64,000 nt of DNA from Escherichia phage vB_vPM_PD112. The notes below the pieces were generated by a model. It did no database searches and was not told the DNA's origin. It was given only the letters and a program-made list of their open reading frames with translations. A program made the translations under genes and the position numbers. The DNA lies in sequence record NC_054928.1; one strand, given 5' to 3'. Within the stretch, counting starts at the first letter, position 1; each line of letters begins with the position of its first letter. This document shows positions 1 to 10,190 of the stretch, in pieces.

Positions 1-44
1 TAAACGCTTTCTTCTTATCTTTATGGACAGAAGCTCTATTAAAA

Positions 45-263
45 TTATGTTTTGCGACTAAATTGTTCATAATGCTGAATTACCTCTCTTAAACATTTGC
101 ATGTGAATGAAAACTTTTTAGCTACACCACATTCAAATATATGTTCTCTTAAATCACGTGTATCAGTATATCCCATCTCAACAATAAAATGCCGTATTAG
201 ATTTTTATCTTTATCATTGAGAGAGTTAAAATAATCGGATTTTGAATTAATTTCCCTGGCCAA
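45..263 (-). CDS. hypothetical small protein (arn-motA interval)
   Basis: Track ORF 72 aa; first codon is TTG, true start may be an internal ATG; position upstream of motA. Confidence 0.35.
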   Translation of the reverse strand: MAREINSKSDYFNSLNDKDKNLIRHFIVEMGYTDTRDLREHIFECGVAKKFSFTCKCLREVIQHYEQFSRKT

Positions 264-543
264 ATTGAATCACCTTCAGTTGACGTTTTAACTCTTTTAT
301 CATTTCTTCGTTCATCGCAATATAAAGATCGCGTAAAGCAGGTTTTAGCATTCCATTTACTGGAGAACTAAATGGACATACATAATCTTTTCCTACGAGC
401 TTTTTAGTGAATTCCATATCGCAGAACTTAAATCCTGGTTCATTGGCATAAATTCCCCAATTAGTTGACATCATTTTATTAGCATATTCCAGTGCCTGGA
501 TTTGATTCATAATTCCATCAATTTGAAACTTTTTAATATTCAT
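247..543 (-). CDS. hypothetical protein, 98 aa
   Basis: Track ORF with ATG start; packed head-to-tail with neighbours. Confidence 0.5.
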   Translation of the reverse strand: MNIKKFQIDGIMNQIQALEYANKMMSTNWGIYANEPGFKFCDMEFTKKLVGKDYVCPFSSPVNGMLKPALRDLYIAMNEEMIKELKRQLKVIQFGQGN

Positions 544-1004
544 TAGTAAAGGTCCTCAGAGTAAAGTTCTTTTTCACTACCACCGCGTTCAATACGTACT
601 TGTCCAGCGTAAGTTGCAATAATCATTGCTTCTTCACGTGTCCAATAATTACTATATTGGTCAATAAACCCTTGATCATCATCACAAACTTGCTGAGTAA
701 CTAATTGAGGTTTAACTACATCTAAAACTTCGGCCATGTCTTTAGAATAATGACGAGCACCCGGAATAATAAGAGTTCGTCCATCTTTTAATTTAAAACG
801 ATTGGCTGCGCAAACAATCCGTCGTTGGTACTTTTGGTTTTCATCCCAGTATGCGGTCTGCCAACAGATTTCAGGAACTTCTTTCAGAATATCTTCTTCT
901 GTACATTTATAACCATGTGCTTTAAATTTTTGAACAAGACTTTCTGGAGTTTCACGAGATAAAGGAACATTCAGCATTTTTAAACGATTAATAAATGGAT
1001 TCAT
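543..1004 (-). CDS. hypothetical protein, 153 aa
   Basis: Track ORF with ATG start; stop overlaps next start. Confidence 0.55.
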   Translation of the reverse strand: MNPFINRLKMLNVPLSRETPESLVQKFKAHGYKCTEEDILKEVPEICWQTAYWDENQKYQRRIVCAANRFKLKDGRTLIIPGARHYSKDMAEVLDVVKPQLVTQQVCDDDQGFIDQYSNYWTREEAMIIATYAGQVRIERGGSEKELYSEDLY

Positions 1005-1330
1005 TTAAACCATCCTTTAATACGTTGCCACAAAGTTTTCTGTTGCGCTTTGTTAACACCAATTGAGCGAATAACTGGTTGAGATTCCTGGAATTCTTTA
1101 TAATCAGCAAGGTAAATTTCGTAAGCTGAATCCGTAAAGGAACTTATAGCTGCCATAAAATTATTGCGAATACCTACTGGAGCATCTTTACTTTCACGAA
1201 TAATCATGTATTTACCAGTCTTAATCTTTACGATAGTTCCAAGATAAGCTCCATGGTACCAGATATCCCACCCCTCTTGAGTGGGTTCTGCACAACGACG
1301 AAGTTCATTGATAATTTCTAACTTGTTCAT
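1001..1330 (-). CDS. hypothetical protein, 109 aa
   Basis: Track ORF with ATG start; ATGA-type overlap with upstream ORF. Confidence 0.55.
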   Translation of the reverse strand: MNKLEIINELRRCAEPTQEGWDIWYHGAYLGTIVKIKTGKYMIIRESKDAPVGIRNNFMAAISSFTDSAYEIYLADYKEFQESQPVIRSIGVNKAQQKTLWQRIKGWFK

Positions 1331-1340
1331 TATTTATTCC

Positions 1341-1976
1341 TCACAGTTCAGATGCTACGGTGATTACAGCTTCAATGTTTTCTGCCGAGCGTTTAATGTC
1401 AAGATACACATTACCGTTTTTAGCGATTTTACATGACATTCCGATGTCAGTAAATTTCTGAATATGATGTTCCATCATTTTGTATCCAAAAATTCGCATA
1501 TTTCCATTGTTGTTAATTTCAAAATTACGAATTCCGTGAGTGCGTTTTTCTAAAATAGCGAGATAGTTACTGCGATAAGTTTCAACCTTTTTAAGAACAA
1601 ATCCATTTTCATCTAAAAGTTTTAACATGAAGTCTTTATCTTCTTCCATATCAGAAGTAATCTCGCGAGCTTTACGAGTTGCTCGTTTTTTCAGCAGTTC
1701 CGGAGCATTTTCCTGTGCGTATAAAGTTGCTGCATTTGAAATAATATCCTGAGCTTCACCCGTAATGATTAATCCATCACCAGATTTCTCCACCAGGCCT
1801 TTTTTAATCAATACCCCAATATTACTATTAACTACTGCATTACCTAAATCTGGATGCACCTCACGAACTTCTGCAGCTGTAATGAAATCTTTCTTAGCAA
1901 TGGTAATTAAAATCGCAGCAGTTTTTTCATTCAGAATATCGTTAGAAGCTTTGATGATGTAAGTTACTTTAGACAT
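1341..1976 (-). CDS. motA: MotA, activator of middle transcription
   Basis: 211 aa, the T4 MotA length; N-terminus MSKVTYIIKASNDIL recalled as T4 MotA; own early promoter upstream. Confidence 0.9.
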   Translation of the reverse strand: MSKVTYIIKASNDILNEKTAAILITIAKKDFITAAEVREVHPDLGNAVVNSNIGVLIKKGLVEKSGDGLIITGEAQDIISNAATLYAQENAPELLKKRATRKAREITSDMEEDKDFMLKLLDENGFVLKKVETYRSNYLAILEKRTHGIRNFEINNNGNMRIFGYKMMEHHIQKFTDIGMSCKIAKNGNVYLDIKRSAENIEAVITVASEL

Positions 1977-2010
1977 TTTCTAATCTCCGTAATTCTGTAT
2001 CAGTAGTTGA

Positions 2011-2047
2011 TAGTTGTATAGTACCACAGTATGCTTTGGTTGTAAAC
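2011..2047 (-). promoter_or_regulatory. T4-early-type promoter upstream of motA
   Basis: Minus strand GTTTACA (plus 2041-2047), 17-nt spacer, TACTAT (plus 2018-2023), then SD GGAG and ATG at 1976. Confidence 0.7.
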
Positions 2048-2070
2048 CGTTTTGTGAAAAAATTTTAAAA

Positions 2071-2100
2071 TAAAAAAAGGGAGAGCTTCGGCTCTCCCTA
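2071..2100 (-). terminator. intrinsic terminator (hairpin plus U-run)
   Basis: Minus strand GGGAGAGCCGAAGCUCUCCC followed by UUUUUUUAUUUU, just before the motA promoter. Confidence 0.7.
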
Positions 2101-2103
2101 AAA

Positions 2104-2253
2104 TTACTGCATGACTGTGATAACTGTCATGATAACGCGTTGAATTCCGAACGCAAGAAGACCTCCTGCTACGGCTGGAACAACACCTAAACCCGCCAGT
2201 AAAATGCCGCCAGATACTAACGCCGCGCTTGTAATACCAATGAATGGACTCAT
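2104..2253 (-). CDS. small hydrophobic protein, 49 aa
   Basis: Hand-translated MSPFIGITSAALVSGGILLAGLGVVPAVAGGLLAFGIQRVIMTVITVMQ; ATG overlaps gene 52 stop (ATGA); not in ORF track. Confidence 0.5.
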   Translation of the reverse strand: MSPFIGITSAALVSGGILLAGLGVVPAVAGGLLAFGIQRVIMTVITVMQ

Positions 2254-3578
2254 TTGATTTCCTCTAAATCTTTGGTGTATTCGGTAACTACATCAGTAGT
2301 TTTCCAATATTCGTTTTCTTCTTTTTTAGCTTTAGCTTCTTCAGCAAGTTTCTTCGCTTCATCGGAAGTCATATGAAAAATATTCATTCCAACTAGTTTA
2401 TCAACATAAGAAGAATACATATCGATTTTCGAAAGTTCTTCGGTCAGTTCTTTACGAGTTTTACCTTGTACAACAATTTCACCTGAAATTACTTTCTTAA
2501 TGAAATGTGCCTTGGCAAAGGCTAAACGAAAAGCTGATTCAGTTTCTTTAATTTTGTTATCAATTCGTTTTTGAACATAAGTTTTACGAACTTCAACAAA
2601 GTCTTTAATTAAATCAACTACGTTATCGTAAACTTGCAGCTTTCCTTTCTCATTAATGACTGTAATATTCTGAGAACGACGCTCAATCAATCCAAAGTCT
2701 TTCATAATTTTTGCATGGCGTTCTTCTTCGTTATCGCTCAAAGAATATTCTTTACGGAATTTAACTTTAAAGCCAAAACCATGCTCACCGCAAGCATCAT
2801 CCCATGTAATGAAGCCTTTATCTTCAAGCGGGTCTAAGATTTTACTCACATAAGTTTCACGATCATACTTATACGGAATCTCAGTGATATTCATTTGAGT
2901 TCGTGAAGTAAACTTGTACGTTCCACGAATTTCATATTGACCGTCAATTTCAACGACTTCACCGCGAAATTCTGGGAATTCTACCTTCGGTTTAGTTACT
3001 TTCTTTCCTTGAAGAGCTTGTAGTACAGCTTTCTTGACAGAAGAAACACTATGAGGAAGAATGTAAGTTGCATAACCAGTTGCAATACCGGAAACACCGT
3101 TAAGAAGAACAGTAGGAATAATAGGCAAATAGAAAGCAGGCGGAATGTGTTCTTTATCTTGATGTACCGGAGCATATTCAGTATCTTTATATACGCTATA
3201 GAAATTTTTACTTACACGAGCAAAAATATAACGACTTGCTGCTGCTTTTTGAACGGTACGAGAACCAAAGTTTCCTTGACCATCTAACAAAGGAAAGTTA
3301 TTATTCCAAGTGTTAGCCATCAAAGCCCCCGCATCTTGTGCGGAGTTTTCACCATGATGATATCCAAGGTCAGCTACACCACCTGCAATAGAAGCGAGTT
3401 TGTGAAACTTATCTTTATTTCCTCGCGCCAAATCAAGAGCTCGAGCAATAACAAATCGTTGAACTGGCTTAAATCCATCAATCATATTTGGAATAGCACG
3501 ATTTTCAACCGTGTACATAGCATAAGCCAGTGCTTCATTATCAATGATACTTTTTAAATCGCGATTATTCAGTTGCAT
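2250..3578 (-). CDS. 52: DNA topoisomerase II medium subunit (GyrA-like)
   Basis: 442 aa, the T4 gp52 length; GyrA-like N-terminal region; ATG start. Confidence 0.95.
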   Translation of the reverse strand: MQLNNRDLKSIIDNEALAYAMYTVENRAIPNMIDGFKPVQRFVIARALDLARGNKDKFHKLASIAGGVADLGYHHGENSAQDAGALMANTWNNNFPLLDGQGNFGSRTVQKAAASRYIFARVSKNFYSVYKDTEYAPVHQDKEHIPPAFYLPIIPTVLLNGVSGIATGYATYILPHSVSSVKKAVLQALQGKKVTKPKVEFPEFRGEVVEIDGQYEIRGTYKFTSRTQMNITEIPYKYDRETYVSKILDPLEDKGFITWDDACGEHGFGFKVKFRKEYSLSDNEEERHAKIMKDFGLIERRSQNITVINEKGKLQVYDNVVDLIKDFVEVRKTYVQKRIDNKIKETESAFRLAFAKAHFIKKVISGEIVVQGKTRKELTEELSKIDMYSSYVDKLVGMNIFHMTSDEAKKLAEEAKAKKEENEYWKTTDVVTEYTKDLEEIK

Positions 3579-3582
3579 AAAT

Positions 3583-3723
3583 TTACCATACTAGTGAATG
3601 TAGTGCCATAATAACATCAGAAATGAAAAGCACGACTTGAATTAATCCGAACATTACTCCATAATATAGTGCTACCAGTAAAGCAGCAAGGGCTACTGAG
3701 TAGCCCAAGATTTTCTTAATCAT
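3583..3723 (-). CDS. small hydrophobic protein, 46 aa
   Basis: Hand-translated MIKKILGYSVALAALLVALYYGVMFGLIQVVLFISDVIMALHSLVW; ATG overlaps the ac stop; not in ORF track. Confidence 0.45.
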   Translation of the reverse strand: MIKKILGYSVALAALLVALYYGVMFGLIQVVLFISDVIMALHSLVW

Positions 3724-3871
3724 TAGATAACAACGCAAATGTTAAACATGCACACATACCCTGAGCTAAAGCTTGCGAAAACACGCTGCTGACATCAATA
3801 CAGATAGTTAAAACACATGCTACTATCCAACAAATAAATGAAATAACTCCTAATAATTTTGCAATATTCAT
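3716..3871 (-). CDS. ac: small membrane protein, probably Ac (acriflavine sensitivity)
   Basis: 51 aa hydrophobic ORF MNIAKLLGVISFICWIVACVL; size and position between 52 and stp fit T4 ac as I recall it. Confidence 0.5.
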   Translation of the reverse strand: MNIAKLLGVISFICWIVACVLTICIDVSSVFSQALAQGMCACLTFALLSND

Positions 3872-3878
3872 ATTTTCC

Positions 3879-3959
3879 TCACTGGCGTCCGAAGACGCCT
3901 TTAGTTTTAAGATTGTTACGATAGAACTGCATTACGTGTTCGTTATGGAAATTACTCAT
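3879..3959 (-). CDS. stp: Stp peptide (suppressor of three-prime phosphatase)
   Basis: 26-aa [29 protein letters not shown], recalled as T4 Stp; SD GAGGA; hairpin immediately downstream. Confidence 0.75.
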
Positions 3960-4414
3960 TAATATGCCTGCAAAACAAATTTAAAGTTATCAGCCAACAT
4001 ACGGTTCATTTCTTCAAGTGTTTGATACTCAGAATGATGATTACGAGTAAACGCCAAAGCTAACTGACCTTTTCCAAATCCTGTCGTCAAAGGTTTCATC
4101 TTAGAAGCAGGTAGATAAAATACCGTGTATGGAACATTGTTATTTGCAATAGTACGCGCAAGCTGAGACCGACGCTGACGAATATGACTTAGAACTGCAC
4201 TGAATCCTTGCTTAGAACGCTGATTACCTACATAAAATCGTGCAGATACACACGGACTATCAAATGGACCACCAAATTTGCTCACTAAAAAGTAAAATCC
4301 AGGGTTAGACAAAATGTCTTTATGCGGAGTTCCAAAAACCCATTCACCACCCTTGATTGTACCAATAACAGTAGCGCCTGCATTATTCAGATCAGTAACA
4401 GTCATGTATTTCAT
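3959..4414 (-). CDS. ndd: Ndd nucleoid disruption protein
   Basis: 151 aa, the T4 Ndd length; position downstream of denB and upstream of stp. Confidence 0.85.
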
Positions 4415-4473
4415 ATTAATTTCCTCTAATTATTTTCTACTCCAAGGCCGCATGAATACACACGGCCATTAAA

Positions 4474-4689
4474 TTAATCGTCGCAGTCGACGCTCAATTC
4501 CCAAAACTCTTCTACAGTATAAGTTTCAGTATCATTTTCAATACAGAAACGTTCATTACTGTTATTTGCTAAAGTAGCGTTAACTGTCGGTTTCTCGCTA
4601 GTGCTCTTAAGAGGTGAAATACGAATTAACTGATCACCACTATCTAAACAGAAAATTTCACCAACTTTTACATCTTTAAAAATTTTCAT
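4474..4689 (-). CDS. hypothetical protein, 71 aa
   Basis: Track ORF, ATG start. Confidence 0.5.
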   Translation of the reverse strand: MKIFKDVKVGEIFCLDSGDQLIRISPLKSTSEKPTVNATLANNSNERFCIENDTETYTVEEFWELSVDCDD

Positions 4690-4804
4690 AATTCACCTCA
4701 GGGAGTATAAAATCCGAATGCAGTTGTTGACCATCCCATCCAATATGGGAAATTTGCGCCAATGTAAAACATGAGAATATAAAACCAACCGCTCAGCAAA
4801 TTCA

Positions 4805-5002
4805 TCATTTTACGCCATTCCAAATTGTTTCAACCACGGATTTTAAACCATTTTGATGAATATCAATTCCGACTACTGTCATCAAATAGATTCCAACTAC
4901 AACTGAACCTAAGGCAAAAATCAGCATGAAAATGAATAAAGCCGGAAAAATATTATCGAAAAACCATTCAATAAATGTAAAAGCACTGCGTTTACGCTTC
5001 AT
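4805..5002 (-). CDS. small membrane protein, 65 aa
   Basis: Track ORF starts on TTG; first ATG with SD GAGGAAAAT gives MKRKRSAF..., one hydrophobic span. Confidence 0.5.
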   Translation of the reverse strand: MKRKRSAFTFIEWFFDNIFPALFIFMLIFALGSVVVGIYLMTVVGIDIHQNGLKSVVETIWNGVK

Positions 5003-5009
5003 ATTTTCC

Positions 5010-5123
5010 TCACATAAATCCAAAGTAAGCGTTTAATACATCAATCATTAAAACGATTGGGAATATACTCAAAACTATTAGTATTATAACTACATTCCAT
5101 ATAGCTTTAACAATCTTTTTCAT
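5010..5123 (-). CDS. small membrane peptide, 37 aa
   Basis: Hand-translated MKKIVKAIWNVVIILIVLSIFPIVLMIDVLNAYFGFM; SD GGAGGA; early promoter upstream; not in track. Confidence 0.35.
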   Translation of the reverse strand: MKKIVKAIWNVVIILIVLSIFPIVLMIDVLNAYFGFM

Positions 5124-5287
5124 TTTCTGTTCCTCCGTAGTTGATAGGGTAATAGTACCACGGAAGAACAGTCTTGTAAACAACTTTTTTTAAAAATATT
5201 CGTAATAAATGTGAATACCAACTACTACCGCTGAAACCTGTGCAACCCACCACGCACAAGCAATAAGTACAGAATTCAAAATTTTCA
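5117..5287 (-). CDS. small membrane protein, 56 aa, 3-prime end overlapping a promoter
   Basis: Hand-translated MKILNSVLIACAWWVAQVSAVVVGIHIYYEYFKK...; hydrophobic N-terminus; reading frame runs through promoter 5152-5180. Confidence 0.3.
5152..5180 (-). promoter_or_regulatory. T4-early-type promoter
   Basis: Minus strand TTTACA (plus 5175-5180), 17 nt, TACTAT (plus 5152-5157); followed by conserved leader and SD GGAGGA. Confidence 0.65.
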
Positions 5288-5370
5288 TAATAACCTCATC
5301 ACAAAAGTAAATGTTAAACAAATTACTGGAATACTAATTAACCAAACAAAACACCACCACCACAGTGAAC

Positions 5371-5634
5371 TCATAGTTCAATCTCAACGATTTCCAGGTG
5401 TTTTTGTTTTATTGCCTTTTTAACACAATCATGGACTAAATATGACCATGAATCATTATATTCTCCATTAACTAATCGTTGGAGATCTTCACGTGATGAT
5501 AAGTAAGGTTGATCTGATTCCCATTTTGATAAAAATACTGCAGTAAAAATATCTCCTTCACCTGTAGTTGAAGTCGTAAATGCAATAAATTCACCGGTAA
5601 TTTTATGTTTAGCGTAATAAAATTTAAATTTCAT
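5371..5634 (-). CDS. hypothetical protein, 87 aa
   Basis: Track ORF trimmed to the ATG that lies downstream of promoter 5662-5690 and has SD GGAGGA. Confidence 0.5.
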   Translation of the reverse strand: MKFKFYYAKHKITGEFIAFTTSTTGEGDIFTAVFLSKWESDQPYLSSREDLQRLVNGEYNDSWSYLVHDCVKKAIKQKHLEIVEIEL

Positions 5635-5661
5635 TTTTACTCCTCCGTAGCTGATAGTTGT

Positions 5662-5690
5662 ATAGTACCACAGTCCTTGTGGTATGTAAA
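5662..5690 (-). promoter_or_regulatory. T4-early-type promoter
   Basis: Minus strand TTTACA (plus 5685-5690), 17 nt, TACTAT (plus 5662-5667); spacer has dyad CCACA..TGTGG. Confidence 0.7.
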
Positions 5691-5708
5691 CTGTTTTGTG
5701 AAATTTTT

Positions 5709-6266
5709 TTAAATGGAAAGATACCATCCGTTGTAGTTGCTTTTTCTTACAACCTTACGAAGGTCTTCTCTGTCACCGATGAACTTCGGAGTGTACTGGA
5801 TGACACCTGGATGAATTTCTTTAGTGTTGAATATAATTATACAGTCAGCGACTTGGTGATTTAGAATGGGCCCTAGATTTATTCCAGAACCATATGGATA
5901 CTCTCCGCTGCATCCGGTTGTTACCGAAATCCAACGTGAGTCAGTTTGATGTGTCTTAACTTCTACACGAAGCCCACAGTATTTTGGATGCGCCAATACA
6001 TCCCATGCATATGTGTACGGATCATCGACATCTTCTTGACCTTTGTTAACATACCCGCTCAGCCAATCTGCTACAAAAAATTCTGCGTACACAGCGATAC
6101 GGCATCTTTCGATAACTTCTGCCTTATCTTGATTTGGGTTTTGTTTTAAAGAGTATCTTGCTGTATCAGCAATTTTGGCCTTCATTTCACTAGTCAAGTC
6201 ACTGTTCGATAGGGTAAATGTCGGAATCTGAAACAGTCTCTGTAACCCAGGATTCGTTTTCTGCAT
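5709..6266 (-). CDS. denB: DenB, endonuclease IV
   Basis: 185 aa, the T4 DenB length; position between ndd cluster and rIIB. Confidence 0.7.
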   Translation of the reverse strand: MQKTNPGLQRLFQIPTFTLSNSDLTSEMKAKIADTARYSLKQNPNQDKAEVIERCRIAVYAEFFVADWLSGYVNKGQEDVDDPYTYAWDVLAHPKYCGLRVEVKTHQTDSRWISVTTGCSGEYPYGSGINLGPILNHQVADCIIIFNTKEIHPGVIQYTPKFIGDREDLRKVVRKSNYNGWYLSI

Positions 6267-6528
6267 TTAGACTTTCCTTTTTACCACTGAGATAAGCGTT
6301 ATATACTTTAAGAGTGCCGTAATAAATTCGGTCATTTTCATCTAAAGACTCGCGGTCAAGTTCATCGAGCTCCTTTTTATCCATGACTATAACATCATTA
6401 CAGTAAAGAAACCCAAGTTTTTCGTGACCAAACTCAAATTTATTACAGTACACAATATTAGCGTGATGATTTCCGTGCAGTTTAATCTCTTTTATGTCGG
6501 AATCACCGATATTCATACAATAAATCAT
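6199..6528 (-). CDS. hypothetical protein, 109 aa
   Basis: Track ORF, ATG start, SD AAGGAAAA; 3-prime end overlaps denB start by 68 nt. Confidence 0.45.
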   Translation of the reverse strand: MIYCMNIGDSDIKEIKLHGNHHANIVYCNKFEFGHEKLGFLYCNDVIVMDKKELDELDRESLDENDRIYYGTLKVYNAYLSGKKESLNAENESWVTETVSDSDIYPIEQ

Positions 6529-6540
6529 AATTTTTCCTTA

Positions 6541-6560
6541 AAACAAAAGGGCCGAAGCCC
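6541..6560 (-). other. intercistronic hairpin with UUCG loop
   Basis: Minus strand GGGCUUCGGCCC followed by UUUUGUUUU, between ORF 6567-6761 and ORF 6199-6528. Confidence 0.6.
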
Positions 6561-6566
6561 TTTATT

Positions 6567-6761
6567 TTACTTGAATTGTGCAATTCTTTTCTCTAGACAT
6601 TCAGCATAAGATTTCATTGAGATAAACTGCGAAAGTAGCAGTTCTTGCTCAACTGCGCTAACTGTTAGAAACTTTGCGCTTTCTAAAAATTTGCTCAGTG
6701 CATTAATTTTGAGCATTAATTGATCGTATTCTTCTTTTACTCGTGCTTGATAACCTAACAT
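6567..6761 (-). CDS. hypothetical protein, 64 aa
   Basis: Track ORF, ATG start, directly downstream of rIIB. Confidence 0.5.
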   Translation of the reverse strand: MLGYQARVKEEYDQLMLKINALSKFLESAKFLTVSAVEQELLLSQFISMKSYAECLEKRIAQFK

Positions 6762-6793
6762 AATTTTCCTTAATGTAATAAGGGCCGAAGCCT

Positions 6794-7732
6794 TTATTTG
6801 AATTGTTCAGTAACGTCTTCAACTACTTCGTATTGGCAGGTACGCATTTTAGCATCGTTGTAATCAATCGGAATTGATACTACATCACGCGGATGTACTT
6901 TAACTTTTACAACTCGGCTGGTTGAACTGCCAAAGTGACGAATATAAGATTTAGAACACACATGCAGACCATGAGAACAAGTTTGTGTATCATCGTCATT
7001 CACACGAGTACGTGGCATTTTAACTACTTTACCCGGACTGTTATCAAAGGTGTTTGAGTGACAGTCAAAGTAATTGCTACGAACTACTTTCCAAGCATAG
7101 AAGTAACCATCTTCTGTAATTTCAATATCGTTTGCTACCAAGAAATCAAAGAGTCGAGATACCGCTTTTTGGCTTGGGTTTTCCAACAGATTTTCCAGGA
7201 ACGGAAAATAAAATTCAAAGTTTTCGCCTTTTTCCATCGAATCGAGAATACGATCAACTAAACCAGACCGCAATTCAATGTTTTGATAGAACAAGCTTCC
7301 ACCTTCAATTCGAACATCGCCGGAAATATATTTTTCAACAGCGCGACGAACATTAATTTTTTGTGCCGCTTCTTCCAACTTATCCGCTACAAGCAGATTA
7401 AGAATTTCCTGGAAGTTTGAATGAGTATTAGGAGTTGCGTTATAAGTTACACCGTCAACAGTAATTGAAATGAATTTTTTAGATGCATTCCAAATAATGT
7501 CAGATTTAGCAACTGGAGCAATAGCTACATCGCTCTTAACTTCAACTGTAATGTCACCGCTAATGGTAACTTTAGAGCGTTCAGCTTCTTCAGCATTTTT
7601 CAAAACACGACGGATTGTGTCAACCGATACACCTTGCCAATCAGCCAATTCCTGTTGGGTATAATTACCGCTTGAATACAGTTTGACAATTTCAGCTTGT
7701 TCGTTTTTGGTCAGGCATTTAATATTGTACAT
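6794..7732 (-). CDS. rIIB: rIIB protein
   Basis: 312 aa, the T4 rIIB length; immediately downstream of rIIA. Confidence 0.95.
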   Translation of the reverse strand: MYNIKCLTKNEQAEIVKLYSSGNYTQQELADWQGVSVDTIRRVLKNAEEAERSKVTISGDITVEVKSDVAIAPVAKSDIIWNASKKFISITVDGVTYNATPNTHSNFQEILNLLVADKLEEAAQKINVRRAVEKYISGDVRIEGGSLFYQNIELRSGLVDRILDSMEKGENFEFYFPFLENLLENPSQKAVSRLFDFLVANDIEITEDGYFYAWKVVRSNYFDCHSNTFDNSPGKVVKMPRTRVNDDDTQTCSHGLHVCSKSYIRHFGSSTSRVVKVKVHPRDVVSIPIDYNDAKMRTCQYEVVEDVTEQFK

Positions 7733-7743
7733 AATTTTCCTTA

Positions 7744-9921
7744 TTAGGCCGCAAGGGCCTTCATAGTTTTAGCGATTTGGGAAACTTCATCATCACTTAA
7801 AGAGTTGCGATATCCGATGAAGTCGGAAACAATACGGAATTTCTTGGTAAACTCAGCAACCATTTTATCACTGTTTTTTGAAGCATTATTTGATAATACA
7901 TCAAAAAGATTAGTTACTGTCCAGATGTCATGACCGATGGTATCTCTTCCACCGTTGAAATATACACCCTGTAATGAACTAACCATATTAGCAAGTCGTG
8001 TATATTCTTCAGAAACTTCATCTACACTGAAGTACTTCATCATAAAATCTAGTTCAGGATACTTAATAATTTTATCAATATATCGTTTAGCTGAACTTGA
8101 ATAACCTACATACTTATCATAATCTACAGCATCAAAAGCATCTACATATAAATCACGCAGAGTTTCAAAAATACATTGGCACTGACCAAGTTCTTTTACC
8201 TTTTTCTGCAAAAGCGGACGAATAACATAAAATTCATTAATGCCAATAAGATTCGCCATACGAGTCAAAATATTCGTAGATGGATGACAAAGCGATGTAG
8301 TACCATCCATAGAGAAAATATCAGAACGATGCATGTATGCTACATAACCAGTAATTTCATCTGCTTCTGATGTGAGCGTAAACAGTTCCTCTTTTTCCCA
8401 ACGCCCGTCTTTAATTTCAAACTTAAATGCAGTAGCAGTTTTAGGACGAGGAGCTGTACTTTTTACTGCCTTTGGAATATAACTTTTAACTAAAGCTTCA
8501 ATTTCTGACAAATAATGAATGTTAACTTCATCACTTTCAAACATTGCCATAATATCAGGGAGTAAATCAATCTGCGATTCTACTTCCGGATTAATAAACA
8601 GAAGACGCTCATTGTGATGAATATTCAAAGTGTTATTAAATTCACTATCATCTAATGCACGTGCTAATCCACGGACAATATTAACACGATTTTTAATATT
8701 ATCAATAACGATATTAATTTTTGTTGTGTTAATACCAAACAGACGATAACTTGATGCAACGGCTGAAGTTTCATGGCTTTGCTTAATGCGTTTCAGTCGA
8801 GGGTCAAGATTTACTTCATACACAACTCCTGCATTGCATAACTTACTGTCAGGTTCAAACATGCTCTGCATCTTTTTATATGACAGATTTTTAGTCGTGA
8901 ATTTGACTGAATTACTAATCATATAATCTCGAGCAGAATACCCCATCTTCATCAATTCACGGTATGTGTGACGAGGAGATGTAGATTCTTTAAATCGTTT
9001 TACATCTTCATTAAATGCCTGCTCACTGAGCTCTTTAACTCGTTCAATAATATTTTTACGAGTACGATCATCTAGTGAAAGAGCTTCACGTGATGGAGCA
9101 ATATCAAGTGAACCCATTGGAAACTTAATGTAATTCACTTCATTACGAATGCTTAACCAGTTACGATCTCTAATAACACCTTCGATAGGATAAACAATGC
9201 CGCCATAGATAGCATATAATCCACCACGATCTGGCCAGTATCTTTCTGGATTTACACCGTAATAGTCATCAAAATCCGGAAAATAATCAATTTCGCGATC
9301 AAGACCATTAATGATAGCCAAATCTTTAAATGGTCGCATGATATAAGAAACTTCATAAGCAAAGTTTCTAAAGTCTTTTTCTTCAACTGGAACTACGATT
9401 TCAATACCAGTTTTATCGTTTGGACCCATTTCTTTTACGAATGTAGGTTTAATCTGTGGACCATCACCATCCATGTAAGCTACATAACCACGAATTTCGC
9501 CTTTATGATATGAAGTGATACTAAACGTATCAGTATAACTAAACGGAGATTTAGAACCTAAACCAAATCCACCAATGAAATCATTAGATTCAGCCTTAGA
9601 TGAACTGAAGTATGAATTATACAACCCAGGAGAATTATCATCACCCTGAATATCAAAATCGCTCATACCCGGACCAAAATCTCGACAAACAAATCGCGGA
9701 TCTAATCGTCCTGGAACTTGAATGATAAATTTTTCAGGATTTCCATTAAGAGCATGGGCATCAATCATGTTGGTAATCAATTCACGGACTACTGCGCGAA
9801 TCTTGTTTGTATACAAATCAGATGATAGAATTTTAAATACTTTAGGAGATGCTGTGATGCTAAATGCTTTTGATTTAGAACCATTACCAAGAATTGTTTC
9901 TTTTTCAGTGGTGATAATCAT
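7744..9921 (-). CDS. rIIA: rIIA protein (GHKL-type ATPase domain)
   Basis: 725 aa, the T4 rIIA length; N-terminal histidine-kinase-like ATPase motifs. Confidence 0.95.
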   Translation of the reverse strand: MIITTEKETILGNGSKSKAFSITASPKVFKILSSDLYTNKIRAVVRELITNMIDAHALNGNPEKFIIQVPGRLDPRFVCRDFGPGMSDFDIQGDDNSPGLYNSYFSSSKAESNDFIGGFGLGSKSPFSYTDTFSITSYHKGEIRGYVAYMDGDGPQIKPTFVKEMGPNDKTGIEIVVPVEEKDFRNFAYEVSYIMRPFKDLAIINGLDREIDYFPDFDDYYGVNPERYWPDRGGLYAIYGGIVYPIEGVIRDRNWLSIRNEVNYIKFPMGSLDIAPSREALSLDDRTRKNIIERVKELSEQAFNEDVKRFKESTSPRHTYRELMKMGYSARDYMISNSVKFTTKNLSYKKMQSMFEPDSKLCNAGVVYEVNLDPRLKRIKQSHETSAVASSYRLFGINTTKINIVIDNIKNRVNIVRGLARALDDSEFNNTLNIHHNERLLFINPEVESQIDLLPDIMAMFESDEVNIHYLSEIEALVKSYIPKAVKSTAPRPKTATAFKFEIKDGRWEKEELFTLTSEADEITGYVAYMHRSDIFSMDGTTSLCHPSTNILTRMANLIGINEFYVIRPLLQKKVKELGQCQCIFETLRDLYVDAFDAVDYDKYVGYSSSAKRYIDKIIKYPELDFMMKYFSVDEVSEEYTRLANMVSSLQGVYFNGGRDTIGHDIWTVTNLFDVLSNNASKNSDKMVAEFTKKFRIVSDFIGYRNSLSDDEVSQIAKTMKALAA

Positions 9922-9931
9922 AATTTCCTCA

Positions 9932-10135
9932 TTAATTCATATTGCGTTTAATAACTTCAACAACTTCTAGTAGTTCATCTTTAGTTGCGGTGTCGGATTG
10001 AATTTTATCTCTAATATCCTTAAAGCGGTTTTTAAACTCTTCAGCTTCTCCCATATCGAAAAAGCGTTGAATGATTCTATATTCTCGATGAACTGCTTTA
10101 TCAAAAAGTTCTAAATTTACTTTGTATGATTTCAT
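9932..10135 (-). CDS. rIIA.1: hypothetical protein, 67 aa
   Basis: Track ORF between gene 60 and rIIA; own early promoter at 10161-10190. Confidence 0.6.
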   Translation of the reverse strand: MKSYKVNLELFDKAVHREYRIIQRFFDMGEAEEFKNRFKDIRDKIQSDTATKDELLEVVEVIKRNMN

Positions 10136-10160
10136 TTCAATATCCTCATTTGCTCAATTA

Positions 10161-10190
10161 ATTATACCACATCCTTGTGGTAAAGTAAAC
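10161..10190 (-). promoter_or_regulatory. T4-early-type promoter
   Basis: Minus strand GTTTACT (plus 10184-10190), 17 nt, TATAAT (plus 10161-10166); -35 abuts the gene 60 stop codon. Confidence 0.75.

Noticed and set aside
1-70. Minus-strand ATG at 68-70 opening a frame that runs off the window start
   Set aside because: It overlaps the 3-prime end of ORF 45-263 by 26 nt in another frame and only 23 codons are visible; not enough to support a gene.
1765-1962. Plus-strand track ORFs lying inside minus-strand genes (for example 1765-1962, 2634-2837, 8176-8370, 12018-12257, 35139-35483, 41069-41308)
   Set aside because: Each is antisense to a well-supported gene, has no SD or promoter, and is the usual by-product of AT-rich sequence.
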